From a virus, in IMG/VR virus record IMGVR_UViG_3300044960_000029, positions 4,643 through 68,642 of that record: 64,000 bases of DNA. One strand, 5' to 3'. Shown here in pieces: positions 50,901 to 59,681 of this stretch. Within the stretch, counting starts at the first letter, position 1, and each line of letters opens with the position of its first letter. The notes beneath the pieces were generated by a model. That model saw nothing but the letters and a program-made list of their open reading frames with translations. It was not told the origin of the DNA and made no database searches. Made by a program: the position numbers and the translations under genes.

Positions 50901-53278
50901 CCACAAAAATTGTTGGTAATCCAAATTATAATCCATATCATTCATGGGGAAATAGAGAAGTAGGTAAAATTTGGTGGGATACATCAAATTTAGATTATAT
51001 CCCATATTCTGATTTTTCAAATGTAGATCAAAAACATGCACGTTGGGGTAATTTAGCAAATTATGCATCGATTGATGTTTATGAATGGATTAAATCAGAT
51101 ATTCCACCAAATGAATATGATGCATTAGCTAAAATACAAGAATTAGATGCAAATATTGATCCTTTAGTAAAAGCATCTGGAAAAGCAGCTAAAAAAGAAT
51201 ATTATTATCGTGACAGAATTTGGAAGGCTAGACCAATAGCATGGTCATATTCTGAGAATCCATCTGCTCCTCCACCAGTATTTGTATCTTCATTTTTTAG
51301 TAAACTTTATATAACATCTGGTGTAATTGGAAATACAACATTGGTTTTAGAAACTGGTCAATTTTCTGACTACGGTGTTGAACCAGGAATGTTATTGTCT
51401 GCATGGGAATTAACAGATAAAATACCAGACGGTGAAATAATAGTAGGATCAGATATTGATTATATGTTAGGTTCTGACACATCTATTAGTTCACCTATTA
51501 TTGTACCACATACAGCATTTGATTTTATATCAATAAACAAGTCGCCAACAAGTGAAATTAAATCAGATTGTTTAGGTAAAATAGTTCTTTCTAATGAAGT
51601 TGACGGTGGAATATATTATGTTAGAATGACTGCTATTGCAAGTGGTTTAACTCAACGAATACAAGTTAATAATATAACAAGTCCTATTGGAACTGTAATA
51701 TTTTTAGATTTTGATTTATTTGGTTTACAATTAAGTGCAGAAACCGCTATAGCACCAGTAATTAATGCTTCTGTTGTCGCTTCTGCTCTTGGAAATACAG
51801 CACATAATATATACGTGCGTCAAACAATAACAGGTGAAGTTACTATAGATATGCCAACAGGAATTACAGAATTTAGCAATGATCCGAATGATTTATTACA
51901 GTATGGATGGGTTTCATGGAGAGATCCATCATCTGATGAATTAAGTGCAGATTTATTAGCACCTAATAATAGCTGGAATCCAATCTTTGGTAATTATAAA
52001 ACTATAACACAAATTACATCAACATTTATAGATCGTGTTAAATCATATCAATCTAATAAATTTATATTAAATAATGGCACAGAAATAGAAAAATATAATT
52101 ATGAATGGTCTAATTGGGTATCATTAGAAAATGAAAAAGTAAAAATTATAACTGGAGGAACAGTTCCAACACTAACATTTTCAGAACCAATTGATATTAA
52201 TAGATTGTCAATTTATATAAATGGAATTTTACAGCCAAGATCTGTTTATAATATATCAGGTAATACTGTAACAGTATTAAATTTACCAGGAGAAGGTCAT
52301 ACTGTTATAGGTATACATAAACATTATATTCCATCAGACTCGGAATTATCATTTAATCCAGATATTATAGATAATCCATCTATACAAAGACAGTATAAAG
52401 TTGATTATCAATATGTTGTTATTCCCGAACGTGACTTGAATGGAAATATTATTGGTAATAAATATTATTATTGGGTAACAGATAAAACAACAAATGCTCA
52501 AGGTAAAAAATTGTCTGTTCAACAAATTATTAAATTATTAAAATATGGTCCATCTGAATTTATAACATTTCAAAAGATGTTACCAGAAAAATTATTAGGT
52601 TCTGATTTATTACCAACAAGATATAATGCTATATCTATCGTAAATATTGGAAGATTTATTAAAAAGGAAAATAGTTATAAATTAAGATTTACAAAGGATT
52701 TCGCATTACGTGATGATCCAAATGATCTTGACCTTAAAAATAAACATGTAGAATGGATGTTAATTCGTCCAGGTCAGAAGTATAAAATACCAAGAATTTT
52801 ATGGGATAAAATAGTTGATTCTGCATGTGGTGAGGATAAATCTGGTAATACATTACCAAGTTTATTTAGAAAAGAATATGATGAAAGACATTCAACATTT
52901 ACTAGATATGGTTTTGGCAAAGATCAAATTTTTGCAGAAAAATCATTAGTCATAAAATCATTAATGAATACAATTTTAAATACTAAATTATTAAAAGATA
53001 ATGGGTTAGGAGAAAAAATACCTGATACATTAGAGGATGTTATTGATTTTAATGACAAAGATAATTGGTTCTCATCACCATCAAACACAAGAATTACTAT
53101 GGAAAAAATTTGGCAAAAAGGTAAACCAGAACAAATTAATGAATTATTTTTTGCTGTTCTAGAAGATGCATTAGCAAATAATTATGAAATGACAGATATA
53201 TTTAAAACATCAAGATTATCAGCGTATTCTATTAGAGTTATGAAACAAATATTACCGAGTGAATATGATGAATACTAA
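44954..53278 (+). CDS. very large baseplate/wedge structural protein (~2770 aa)
   Basis: follows gp6-like; 'PPINLDKFANFYEYYW', 'PFTWNY', 'GLIQAKGT', 'EYWA....YG', 'VGKIWWD', 'YYYWV' motifs typical of jumbo myovirus baseplate proteins. Confidence 0.7.
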   Translation: MKMTKDYVKKYLDLSTLIPERLKNKTNTSIMRNLFNRFLTKEETLPLFGFSGKKIVNPDDIRPYIVYSSVDKKINSLIPTIYAKVGAEEFAFTFRDILNKAKILGINTDKFDRWGSAQTFNFCPPINLDKFANFYEYYWVAKALPTPPSIPWNPNNDPEYYVIQPGAANDWSIHNYWVHKDDLPSYPGGLDLSKVIRANIPIIEYDNDLELNNAYDVNGDPTYPGNGISYTQSKTQFNQLPLFNLYRLDGTFSGFVSSIFYYKEDTSAEINQFLQRRIVRDINADFIFCQGLLENGSDSRILFYKKSGNLKSIWVPGPSSAVSTTPIYTCFGNGTIVGLTSVSNAPSEFWTLVAKSPTVFSISGTKSGVQPDVYVNVPYSNGIISFTLSSGSTPFIVGDKITFRVINREIPRYVYEDNDGNVINFPGGAAADVNKVGTWINPNQLKFNPLNENRLEIGQGDLTNHFRSIIGAQLNFNGSNSGPNNYRNIPHNHGLGGNIKYFNNVFNLFISLMLQNGLSPLSILSFAESSYLQAINSLYEYINQNLFKYITEKGNPTPPLLDPNSAPILSLFQDYVDSIKNRSDLKSVFFDSTSPITNWCPTLPQLGLLNGVVPKITFDNELGIYVLIHHDGHRSPIYQRDIEFDRKLTRLSVKRSDGNEVPGVFSPTVPSFPSYKNQLWFNSTNGELRLFAVKSDTTAAPPGIPSIGDFWFDTVNLRRWNGSAWIIHTNVIDAWKIVDTQLIVNNLLLTVETILYNGIPKDIPLKIDVDNTIITSAPEYIPNQEYELAVYAAKYKYDMYAPDYISTNPFTWNYKFTNPSVISPTKSLLNSDPSINARWFDIYKRHFSLIPGSLETCRPNLEPWKLVGQNTKPIDWDTGAISIGGPGTQFASTVSLPNISPLQPVNYVSTSNVNLLALPNVIDNNLLSINDRVLLVGQVNPKENGIYTVVYPGTGSNGIWTRSTDMQTGTIPPIETNVAVSSGYEWKNTVWVLTTTGLVGTDVLIFEQYRLWSENMWTWIKSQIGTYALCVNVHTDELLPPYVSPTEFTSNESILTTLPPSTDAPYSFGDNGPVEIVWKKSLEYAYGKHRTNFKISPITYLNLTWRNPHIVINNLALNRQIGKRISHKNFTLHGEEIKSPSERNILTNVSGLITSIANNIVELKCVSLLSTGSIFEIFINNQSTNEFIECNGPAYSNVIGNITFNNFSIKDLGIGFEIDDIIKIELTPLTANYSFKPASIYKIYGLAQYYTQLLRYNSTDVNNTYNAVMFRGWDVKLGNRMDGLIRTDNIIIKSDKYTFPETSFNVLLKINKNTRDTWLNAIRIQLVQIGYNKMESDGTIVPVDEEITDTSHPNYNKDHGKDWVFRIEHYNSKHPIIKYYNLDTNGPYQTFNALDKEHTKAEWKIYQNSLDVVEQTVPFTITGIQNVVNFLYGYVKLLEEDGWRFNNSDKPEIDEVTGRTINWQLEIEKFIDAVYSGMLVGQGHILNPFINKVWFETPTGIVSSLRQNKFSDILVDPLIFDILGNIISINDISITREDDITEIISKIPIFSLHITVDEYEHIILFDNYIDKAYRKGLIFDPFIGAHISRILLSGQKQIIRSMRPSFGGYVLNGNKTIKNLETHVSEFGQYYDAEKVTNNDISAKFALSLLGYNKKKYFDLLDVSDKSQFNFWRGLIQAKGTNTALDAFLNSKKFEQAFIDEYWAYKIAEYGDARTVTYPELKIHPSDTQLNVTGFQFESQDPQYNIDSELIPGFKFIAKNDENRWMTLDDLDKHQYFIAEKTEEFNINIISADTIFELPFFSEMQFEIPAINYSGFGNGEIELRPVQIRKSIDYNNELPEIWTITATSATTFNITAQIGISPPIIVGNFNIDEYYSPTNYEHIIIKISKGTVPFNSGDQFTFSIGLYKIFNKIIKAKIVGNYKIIGMNPAKPKFNPIKLIDYKEKTVITDIGIWHPLMDAHETSALECINIKGNVDPAKYNYSTKIVGNPNYNPYHSWGNREVGKIWWDTSNLDYIPYSDFSNVDQKHARWGNLANYASIDVYEWIKSDIPPNEYDALAKIQELDANIDPLVKASGKAAKKEYYYRDRIWKARPIAWSYSENPSAPPPVFVSSFFSKLYITSGVIGNTTLVLETGQFSDYGVEPGMLLSAWELTDKIPDGEIIVGSDIDYMLGSDTSISSPIIVPHTAFDFISINKSPTSEIKSDCLGKIVLSNEVDGGIYYVRMTAIASGLTQRIQVNNITSPIGTVIFLDFDLFGLQLSAETAIAPVINASVVASALGNTAHNIYVRQTITGEVTIDMPTGITEFSNDPNDLLQYGWVSWRDPSSDELSADLLAPNNSWNPIFGNYKTITQITSTFIDRVKSYQSNKFILNNGTEIEKYNYEWSNWVSLENEKVKIITGGTVPTLTFSEPIDINRLSIYINGILQPRSVYNISGNTVTVLNLPGEGHTVIGIHKHYIPSDSELSFNPDIIDNPSIQRQYKVDYQYVVIPERDLNGNIIGNKYYYWVTDKTTNAQGKKLSVQQIIKLLKYGPSEFITFQKMLPEKLLGSDLLPTRYNAISIVNIGRFIKKENSYKLRFTKDFALRDDPNDLDLKNKHVEWMLIRPGQKYKIPRILWDKIVDSACGEDKSGNTLPSLFRKEYDERHSTFTRYGFGKDQIFAEKSLVIKSLMNTILNTKLLKDNGLGEKIPDTLEDVIDFNDKDNWFSSPSNTRITMEKIWQKGKPEQINELFFAVLEDALANNYEMTDIFKTSRLSAYSIRVMKQILPSEYDEY

Positions 53279-56189
53279 AAGATTAAAAAATTCAGATTAT
53301 ATTGAAGGTCTAATTGGTTATATATTAGATATAAAACCATACCATTCAAAATTAACTGAAGTAATTGAAGAATATCATTTCGATGATGATCTAAATGTTG
53401 AAATATTAGATCAACATAGAATACAAATAAAATTATCAAGTATTTGGTGCACAGAATATTATTCAGATGGTAATAGAGTTTTATATAGATTGCCAGCTCC
53501 TGTAGTTCGTCCTAGATATGATTCTGATGATAGTCATAATTTATATGATGGTGTTATTGATCATGATTCAGAAGTAATCAATTTATCTAATACTCATAGT
53601 ACTTATCATGTTCCTGATAATGATGGTGAAAAGTGGGTAAAAGTTAATAATTCTCCAAAAATAGAGGGATTAGATTATTATGTAAGTCGAGGAATATTCT
53701 CATTAGAAATGAGAACAGAATTAGGTGAGCGTCAATGGATGGAAAAAATCCATTATGATTCAGGTTTTAGTTGGTGGAAAGCATTTACACCATGGAATAA
53801 TACACCTAATTGGGCTCCAGGACCACACGGAGGTATAGCTGTTAATCCATCAGCACCAAATGAAATATGGTCATTTATTAAAATAAATCCTATATCATAT
53901 ACAAGACCAATTTTTGTTACTGGACAATTAGGTATAGATGATCACTATTATTGGGGTTATGATCTAGCGAATTATGATAGTGGTGGTGATGATATAGATT
54001 GTGTAACAGATGGTCCAGATAATGATAATTATTATGTGTCAGGTGGTTATAATGCTGGTGAACTTTATGATGATAGACGTCATTGTTTTGATCTTGTTAA
54101 TTTGAATTTTACGTTGGTTGATAATGACGCCCCATCTGAAATATGGACCGTCATGGCAATATCACCAACGACTTTTTCTGTTGTTGGTTCTGTTTCAGGT
54201 CCAACAGCAAATGCAACATTAAATGTTCCATATAATAATGGAATTATAAGTTTTACTATATCTACAACAAATCCATTGTTTCAAGCAATTCCTGGATTAG
54301 ATATTTTTTATTTTACAGTTGTTAATCCAGCACCATTTATTACATTACATCCAATAGTATTTTGGAATTGTCCTGCACAATCTTGGACAATAACAGCTAT
54401 ATCTGCAACCGAATTTAGCGTAGTTGGATCAGTTTCTGGTATACAACCAAATGCATATGTTAATCAAACATATAACAATGGTTTAATTAGTTTTACTATA
54501 TATTCTGGTGATTACGTATTTGAACCTGGAGAATTTTATACTTTTTACACTATTGATCCTAGACCAAGTTATTTGATACACGGATCAATTTCAGGAATGC
54601 AAAAACCAGCATCTATTGGTGTTCCTTATAATAATGGTTTAATAGCATTTACTCTTAAAGAACCAGAATATTTCTTGAATGGTAGTATAGTTACAACATA
54701 TAATGTTCCATTATTATTAAATGGATTAGCTAATATTTCATTTTTAAAGAAACCAAGATTTGATGCAATTAGTGAAATTATTAAATTAAGAGTATTAACA
54801 CCAACAACAATTAGTGTTGAAAGTTCTGTTCGTGGAATGTTAAAAGGTGCAACTCTTAATGTTCCATATTATGATGATTATATATCATTTGAAATATCTG
54901 GAACATTAATTCCAGGTCAAACACACTCATTTGAAATATTAACACACAAATATGATCTTTATTATGGTAAGCATAAAGTAATATTTGGAAATACTGTTTT
55001 TTCTGGTTCTGATGTCATAAGTATTGATAGTGTTGTTCATAATTTAAATGATAAAGTTGAAATTAATACAACAAAATATGATAAAATCTTTATAAGTTTT
55101 TCTGATCCATCAGATTATCCGGTAGAATTTGGTAACCAATGGGATCCATTACACTCTAGTATTCCATTTTATACTGATGGAAATGGTATATTCTTTCCAG
55201 ATAAAGAATTTCAAACTAATTTAAATTTAGATAATATTCATCCAACATATCCTTCAATTACAAAAGTTGGTAAAATTATCAATGATGGATATGTTATAGA
55301 ATTTGATCAAAACTTTATTAATCAATTTTTACCAATTAATACAGGTTTTAATATTTGTGTTCATCAGGAAGAAACGCATAATAATAGGGTAGCTACAACA
55401 ATAACAGATGAAATTAAGTTTGCTGATAGTTATAGAATGTCAGATAATCTAAATGTTCAAATAAATGATGAAATTTCATTTTATGGAATAGTAGATTTTT
55501 CATATTTAGATGATACATTAAATGTTCAAATCGGAGAAAAAGCATATTTACCAGCAGGATATGATATTGAGCCATATGATTTAGAATCTTATTATAATAT
55601 AATAAATCCACCATCAAGTTATGATTATTCAGAACTTATTGAACTTATAACTTCTGCCCCAGCTGGATTTAGAATTTATGATAATTTTACTCAAAACCCT
55701 TATGCACCATATAATAACGATGGTGATTCTTCATTAACAAATATTAGTGAATCATTCGTTTTATATTCACAACAAGCACCATCAAATTTTGATATAAATT
55801 CATTTGATTCTGATAATTTTGATAGTTTAGCAACAAATATTGAAGCAATTGTTATGATGCCTCAAATGTCATTGACAACACCAAGTAATCCTTTATATGG
55901 TCATCCTTTGATAGATCCTGTTCCAGGAACAACTGTATTAGCATATGCTAAAGTAACAGGAAGTGATATAGGAACAACATTATCTATAAAAAATGTAACT
56001 GTAGATTATAAAGGTTCACCAGGATTAGGAATGGCACCAACAGTTATCATATTAGATGATTTAATTAATCAGAATGTTTTAGAAGTCGTGACACCTGTTC
56101 CTATAGCAGCTGGCCCAAATATATATTCATCATTTAAATTAACATTGACGGTTAATTTAACAAATTATGTTATAGTAATAACTGTGTAA
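53259..56189 (+). CDS. baseplate-associated structural protein with internal repeated beta domains
   Basis: 'YILDIKPYHSKL' N-terminal motif; several 'FSVVGSVSG...PYNNG.I.FT' repeats. Confidence 0.65.
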   Translation: MNMMNTKRLKNSDYIEGLIGYILDIKPYHSKLTEVIEEYHFDDDLNVEILDQHRIQIKLSSIWCTEYYSDGNRVLYRLPAPVVRPRYDSDDSHNLYDGVIDHDSEVINLSNTHSTYHVPDNDGEKWVKVNNSPKIEGLDYYVSRGIFSLEMRTELGERQWMEKIHYDSGFSWWKAFTPWNNTPNWAPGPHGGIAVNPSAPNEIWSFIKINPISYTRPIFVTGQLGIDDHYYWGYDLANYDSGGDDIDCVTDGPDNDNYYVSGGYNAGELYDDRRHCFDLVNLNFTLVDNDAPSEIWTVMAISPTTFSVVGSVSGPTANATLNVPYNNGIISFTISTTNPLFQAIPGLDIFYFTVVNPAPFITLHPIVFWNCPAQSWTITAISATEFSVVGSVSGIQPNAYVNQTYNNGLISFTIYSGDYVFEPGEFYTFYTIDPRPSYLIHGSISGMQKPASIGVPYNNGLIAFTLKEPEYFLNGSIVTTYNVPLLLNGLANISFLKKPRFDAISEIIKLRVLTPTTISVESSVRGMLKGATLNVPYYDDYISFEISGTLIPGQTHSFEILTHKYDLYYGKHKVIFGNTVFSGSDVISIDSVVHNLNDKVEINTTKYDKIFISFSDPSDYPVEFGNQWDPLHSSIPFYTDGNGIFFPDKEFQTNLNLDNIHPTYPSITKVGKIINDGYVIEFDQNFINQFLPINTGFNICVHQEETHNNRVATTITDEIKFADSYRMSDNLNVQINDEISFYGIVDFSYLDDTLNVQIGEKAYLPAGYDIEPYDLESYYNIINPPSSYDYSELIELITSAPAGFRIYDNFTQNPYAPYNNDGDSSLTNISESFVLYSQQAPSNFDINSFDSDNFDSLATNIEAIVMMPQMSLTTPSNPLYGHPLIDPVPGTTVLAYAKVTGSDIGTTLSIKNVTVDYKGSPGLGMAPTVIILDDLINQNVLEVVTPVPIAAGPNIYSSFKLTLTVNLTNYVIVITV

Positions 56190-56244
56190 TTTTTAATAAA
56201 TAAAACATAATATAATATTAAAAAGGTTTAGGAGAATATTAAAA

Positions 56245-56823
56245 ATGGCAAAAGATATATTTACAACACATGTTAAAGGTCATGTTAAAATCATTGATAA
56301 AAATACTGGAGAAATTCTTTTAGATAAAGATAACGCTATTCATGCTTATAATATGGGTAAAGCAATAGCTAGAGGATTGGCTAATGAACCAAATTATCAA
56401 ATTTATAAAGTTTCATTAGGAAATGGTGGTACTACCATTGATTCTAATGGTGACGTAATTTACAATCCACCAAGAGTTAATCCAACAGATACAGACATTT
56501 ATAATGAAACATATAGTGAAATAGTTGATGAAGCTGGACCAGCACCAGTAGGAAATAGTGTTGTTGCAACATATGGAACATTACCAGTAACAACATCACT
56601 TGTTACAACAACTATTACATTGACGGCAAATGAACCATCCGGACAAGATTATAGTGATGGTGGTGATGGTAATGACAATATGGAAGATCCATTTGTATTT
56701 GATGAATTAGGTTTAAAAACTGGTGATGATTTACTTTTATCACATATTATATTTTCACCAATAGAAAAAACAGCAAATAGAGAATTAATTATTACTTATA
56801 CTTTAACTGTTAGTGTTGTTTAA
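56245..56823 (+). CDS. baseplate/fibre-attachment structural protein
   Basis: 'VKGHVKI.D', 'NAIH', 'GNGGT', 'FVFDELGL', 'H.IFSPIEKTANR..ITYTL'. Confidence 0.65.
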   Translation: MAKDIFTTHVKGHVKIIDKNTGEILLDKDNAIHAYNMGKAIARGLANEPNYQIYKVSLGNGGTTIDSNGDVIYNPPRVNPTDTDIYNETYSEIVDEAGPAPVGNSVVATYGTLPVTTSLVTTTITLTANEPSGQDYSDGGDGNDNMEDPFVFDELGLKTGDDLLLSHIIFSPIEKTANRELIITYTLTVSVV

Positions 56824-56846
56824 TTAAAAAATTTCATAATATTTTT

Positions 56847-56892
56847 TCTCCAATTGAATAAAACATAAATATATGTAAAGTTCAATTGGAGA
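56847..56892 (+). promoter_or_regulatory. RBS-sequestering hairpin with a late-promoter variant in the loop
   Basis: tctccaattgaa/ttcaattggaga 12-bp stem; CATAAATA at 56864-56871; GGAG in the 3' arm. Confidence 0.6.
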
Positions 56893-56905
56893 TTTTTTAT
56901 TTTTT

Positions 56906-58636
56906 ATGTTAAAAAATGATTTAATAGCACATAATATAGTTTATATTAAAAATAATAAAGAAAAAATAAATCCTAATTATTCAAAAATACTTCAATCTAA
57001 TATTCCATTACTAGAAAAAATAAAAGAAAAAACATCTTTTTTAGATCAATTTAATCCATCGATTATTGAAAGAATTTTTGTTATAAAAAATAATATTCAA
57101 AATCCACCATTATGTCCTATATGTTCAGCAAAAATAAAATTTAAACATTCTTATTCTTTAACATGTTCACTTAAATGTTATAAACAATATGAACGTCAGC
57201 AGATTGATCCTAAAACAGGAAATACATTATCTCAATCTAGAATTGATAAAGTTAGAAATGCTAATAATAAAATAGGTGAAGATGGATTAACTGGATATCA
57301 ACGTGCAGCTAAGAAAATTTTTTCAAAAATGACTAAAAAAGAACATGAAGATAGAGTGAAAAAAATAATCAATACAAAAAAGTCAACTTTTTTAGAAGAC
57401 GGAACTTCTATATGGGATGCAGCATATGAAAAACAAAGAAAGACTTTTACAGCTATTAAAGAAAATGGGTTATCGTCTGCAAAAATTGCCGCAATAAAAC
57501 GTGAAAACAAACTAAAATCTATAGATCCTATTACTGGTAAAACATTTAAAGAATTAGCAATTCTTAAATCTATAGAAAATAGAAAACGCAATTTTTTTAA
57601 ATCATTAAAAATTTTTTCAACACAATATGAACTTATATCAACAGAAGATGAATATATAAACACTTCATTAACTAAATGGAAATGTTCTTTTTGTGGAAAT
57701 GAATTTGAACATTCTTTTTATAATGGTACATCTCCTAGATGTATAATATGTCATCCTAAAAATGAAAATTTACTTCAAAAATCTTTAGTTGAATTTATTA
57801 AATCCGTTTATTCTGGTGAAATTTTAGAAAATAATAGAACAACTATTTCGCCATATGAAGTTGATATTTATTTACCGGATTTAAACATTGGAATAGAGTT
57901 AAATGGTAATTATTGGCATTCAGAAAAATTTAGGGAACCAACATATCATTTGGATAAAAGTACGTATGCGTATGAAAAAGGAATAAACTTAATTCATATT
58001 AGTGATGATGAATGGTTGTATAAAAGAAATATAATAGAATCGATTATATTAAATAAACTAAAACTTATTGATATTAAATTTTATGCTAGAAAATTAAATT
58101 TAATTTTTGATTATGATAAAAAAAATAAAATTAAAGAATTTTTAAATCAAAATCATTTACAAGGATATATTCCATATATGTTTTGTAGTGTGTTATTAGA
58201 TGATAATGATGAAATATTATCGGCAATGACATTTAATAAAAGTAGGTTCAATAAAAAATATGATTATGAAATATCTAGATTTTGTGTAAAAAATAAAATT
58301 ACAGTTTCTGGAGCAGCAAGTAGATTATTTAACGAATTTTTAAAAAATATAAATCCTAAATCTGTTATATCTTATGCTGATAGAAGAATTACATTTAATA
58401 ATCATTTTTATACTTCTTTAGGTTTTACTTTTTCTCATAACACACCTCCAAACTATAGATGGGTAAAAAATAATATTTCTTTATCTAGATATCAAACACA
58501 AAGAAAACTGTTAACAAAATATTTTAATGAAAATTTTGATAAAAACTTAACAGAAGACGAAATAATGATTTCAAAAGGGTTTATTAAATCATTTGATTGT
58601 GGATCATCTGTTTATGTTTTTAGTAATATTAAATAA
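56906..58636 (+). CDS. homing endonuclease-like protein, same nuclease+GNAT-like family
   Basis: 'CPIC...TCSLKC', 'YEVDIYLPDLNIGIELNGNYWH', 'YEISRFC', 'YADRR', 'FDCGS'. Confidence 0.75.
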   Translation: MLKNDLIAHNIVYIKNNKEKINPNYSKILQSNIPLLEKIKEKTSFLDQFNPSIIERIFVIKNNIQNPPLCPICSAKIKFKHSYSLTCSLKCYKQYERQQIDPKTGNTLSQSRIDKVRNANNKIGEDGLTGYQRAAKKIFSKMTKKEHEDRVKKIINTKKSTFLEDGTSIWDAAYEKQRKTFTAIKENGLSSAKIAAIKRENKLKSIDPITGKTFKELAILKSIENRKRNFFKSLKIFSTQYELISTEDEYINTSLTKWKCSFCGNEFEHSFYNGTSPRCIICHPKNENLLQKSLVEFIKSVYSGEILENNRTTISPYEVDIYLPDLNIGIELNGNYWHSEKFREPTYHLDKSTYAYEKGINLIHISDDEWLYKRNIIESIILNKLKLIDIKFYARKLNLIFDYDKKNKIKEFLNQNHLQGYIPYMFCSVLLDDNDEILSAMTFNKSRFNKKYDYEISRFCVKNKITVSGAASRLFNEFLKNINPKSVISYADRRITFNNHFYTSLGFTFSHNTPPNYRWVKNNISLSRYQTQRKLLTKYFNENFDKNLTEDEIMISKGFIKSFDCGSSVYVFSNIK

Positions 58637-58648
58637 ATGTAATTATTT

Positions 58649-58656
58649 TATAAATA
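58649..58656 (+). promoter_or_regulatory. T4-type late promoter
   Basis: TATAAATA upstream of the 58701 operon. Confidence 0.7.
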
Positions 58657-58700
58657 ATTAAATATAACTTAATAAAAAATATTATATATAGGAGTATTTA

Positions 58701-59660
58701 GTGAAATTAAATTTTAGACAGGGTCTAGTAAGATACCAAACAGATATTGCTAATAATCCTGTATTTTTACAAAAACATAGTTTATCAGGTGACTATATAG
58801 ATTTAATGGTTCAACCAGATCCAACTATAATAAATTTTGCACATGGAGATGTTGATTATTTAATAGAAGAAAATAAAACAGTTATTAAAGCATGGGGACC
58901 AGTGTCCCCAATTGGTCAGACCCAATATCTATATTGGGATATAAATTTATTAGATGGAAGTCTTTCACGTAATTTTACATTACTTCCACTTTTAGTTACA
59001 GCATCTACGCCAAATTCACCCGCAATTGATCAACACTGGTTTGATTTAAATACTAAACAGATGAAAGTTTGGAATGGAACTAAATGGGTAGTAAAACTTA
59101 GAGTATTTGCAGCAATATATGATTCTAGTGCAATACTTAATCCATTTTCAGTTGGATCACAAGTTGGTTTAAATAATACACCGTGTGATCCTGGATATAT
59201 AGTCTTTGGTAAAGATAATAAACCACTTAGACATTCTGATGGAACTTTTTTCACAACATCTGAACATGCCATAGTTGGCAGAAATTCTTCTTCATCTGTT
59301 TCATTTGACGCACAAATTGTTTATGCAATGGCTAATGAATATATACCTAAATATTCATTAGTATCATTTACTGGCCCTGATAAAATTTCACTTGCATCAC
59401 ATTTAAATGTTGATAAGCAAGTAAATGGAATAGTTTTAGAAGATTTATACTTAGATGAAATAGGACGTGTAATAACTCATGGTAGAATAACAAATGAACA
59501 TTGGTCCTGGACAGCATCTAATATTGGTAAACCTCTGTTTTGTGGTCCTAGCGGTGAAGTAACATTAACACCTCCACCAATGGGAATTTCACAACAGATT
59601 GGGATTGTGCAAGATTATGATACAATTTATTTGAATTTAATGTCACCAATAATATTATAA
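58701..59660 (+). CDS. virion structural protein (fibre/decoration-like)
   Basis: 'P.SPAIDQHWFD...MKVWNG..W' and C-terminal 'W.W....GKPLF....G.VT..PP' domain; late promoter, GGAG RBS, GTG start. Confidence 0.6.
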   Translation: MKLNFRQGLVRYQTDIANNPVFLQKHSLSGDYIDLMVQPDPTIINFAHGDVDYLIEENKTVIKAWGPVSPIGQTQYLYWDINLLDGSLSRNFTLLPLLVTASTPNSPAIDQHWFDLNTKQMKVWNGTKWVVKLRVFAAIYDSSAILNPFSVGSQVGLNNTPCDPGYIVFGKDNKPLRHSDGTFFTTSEHAIVGRNSSSSVSFDAQIVYAMANEYIPKYSLVSFTGPDKISLASHLNVDKQVNGIVLEDLYLDEIGRVITHGRITNEHWSWTASNIGKPLFCGPSGEVTLTPPPMGISQQIGIVQDYDTIYLNLMSPIIL

Positions 59661-59681
59661 CATATAGGAAATATTTATATT

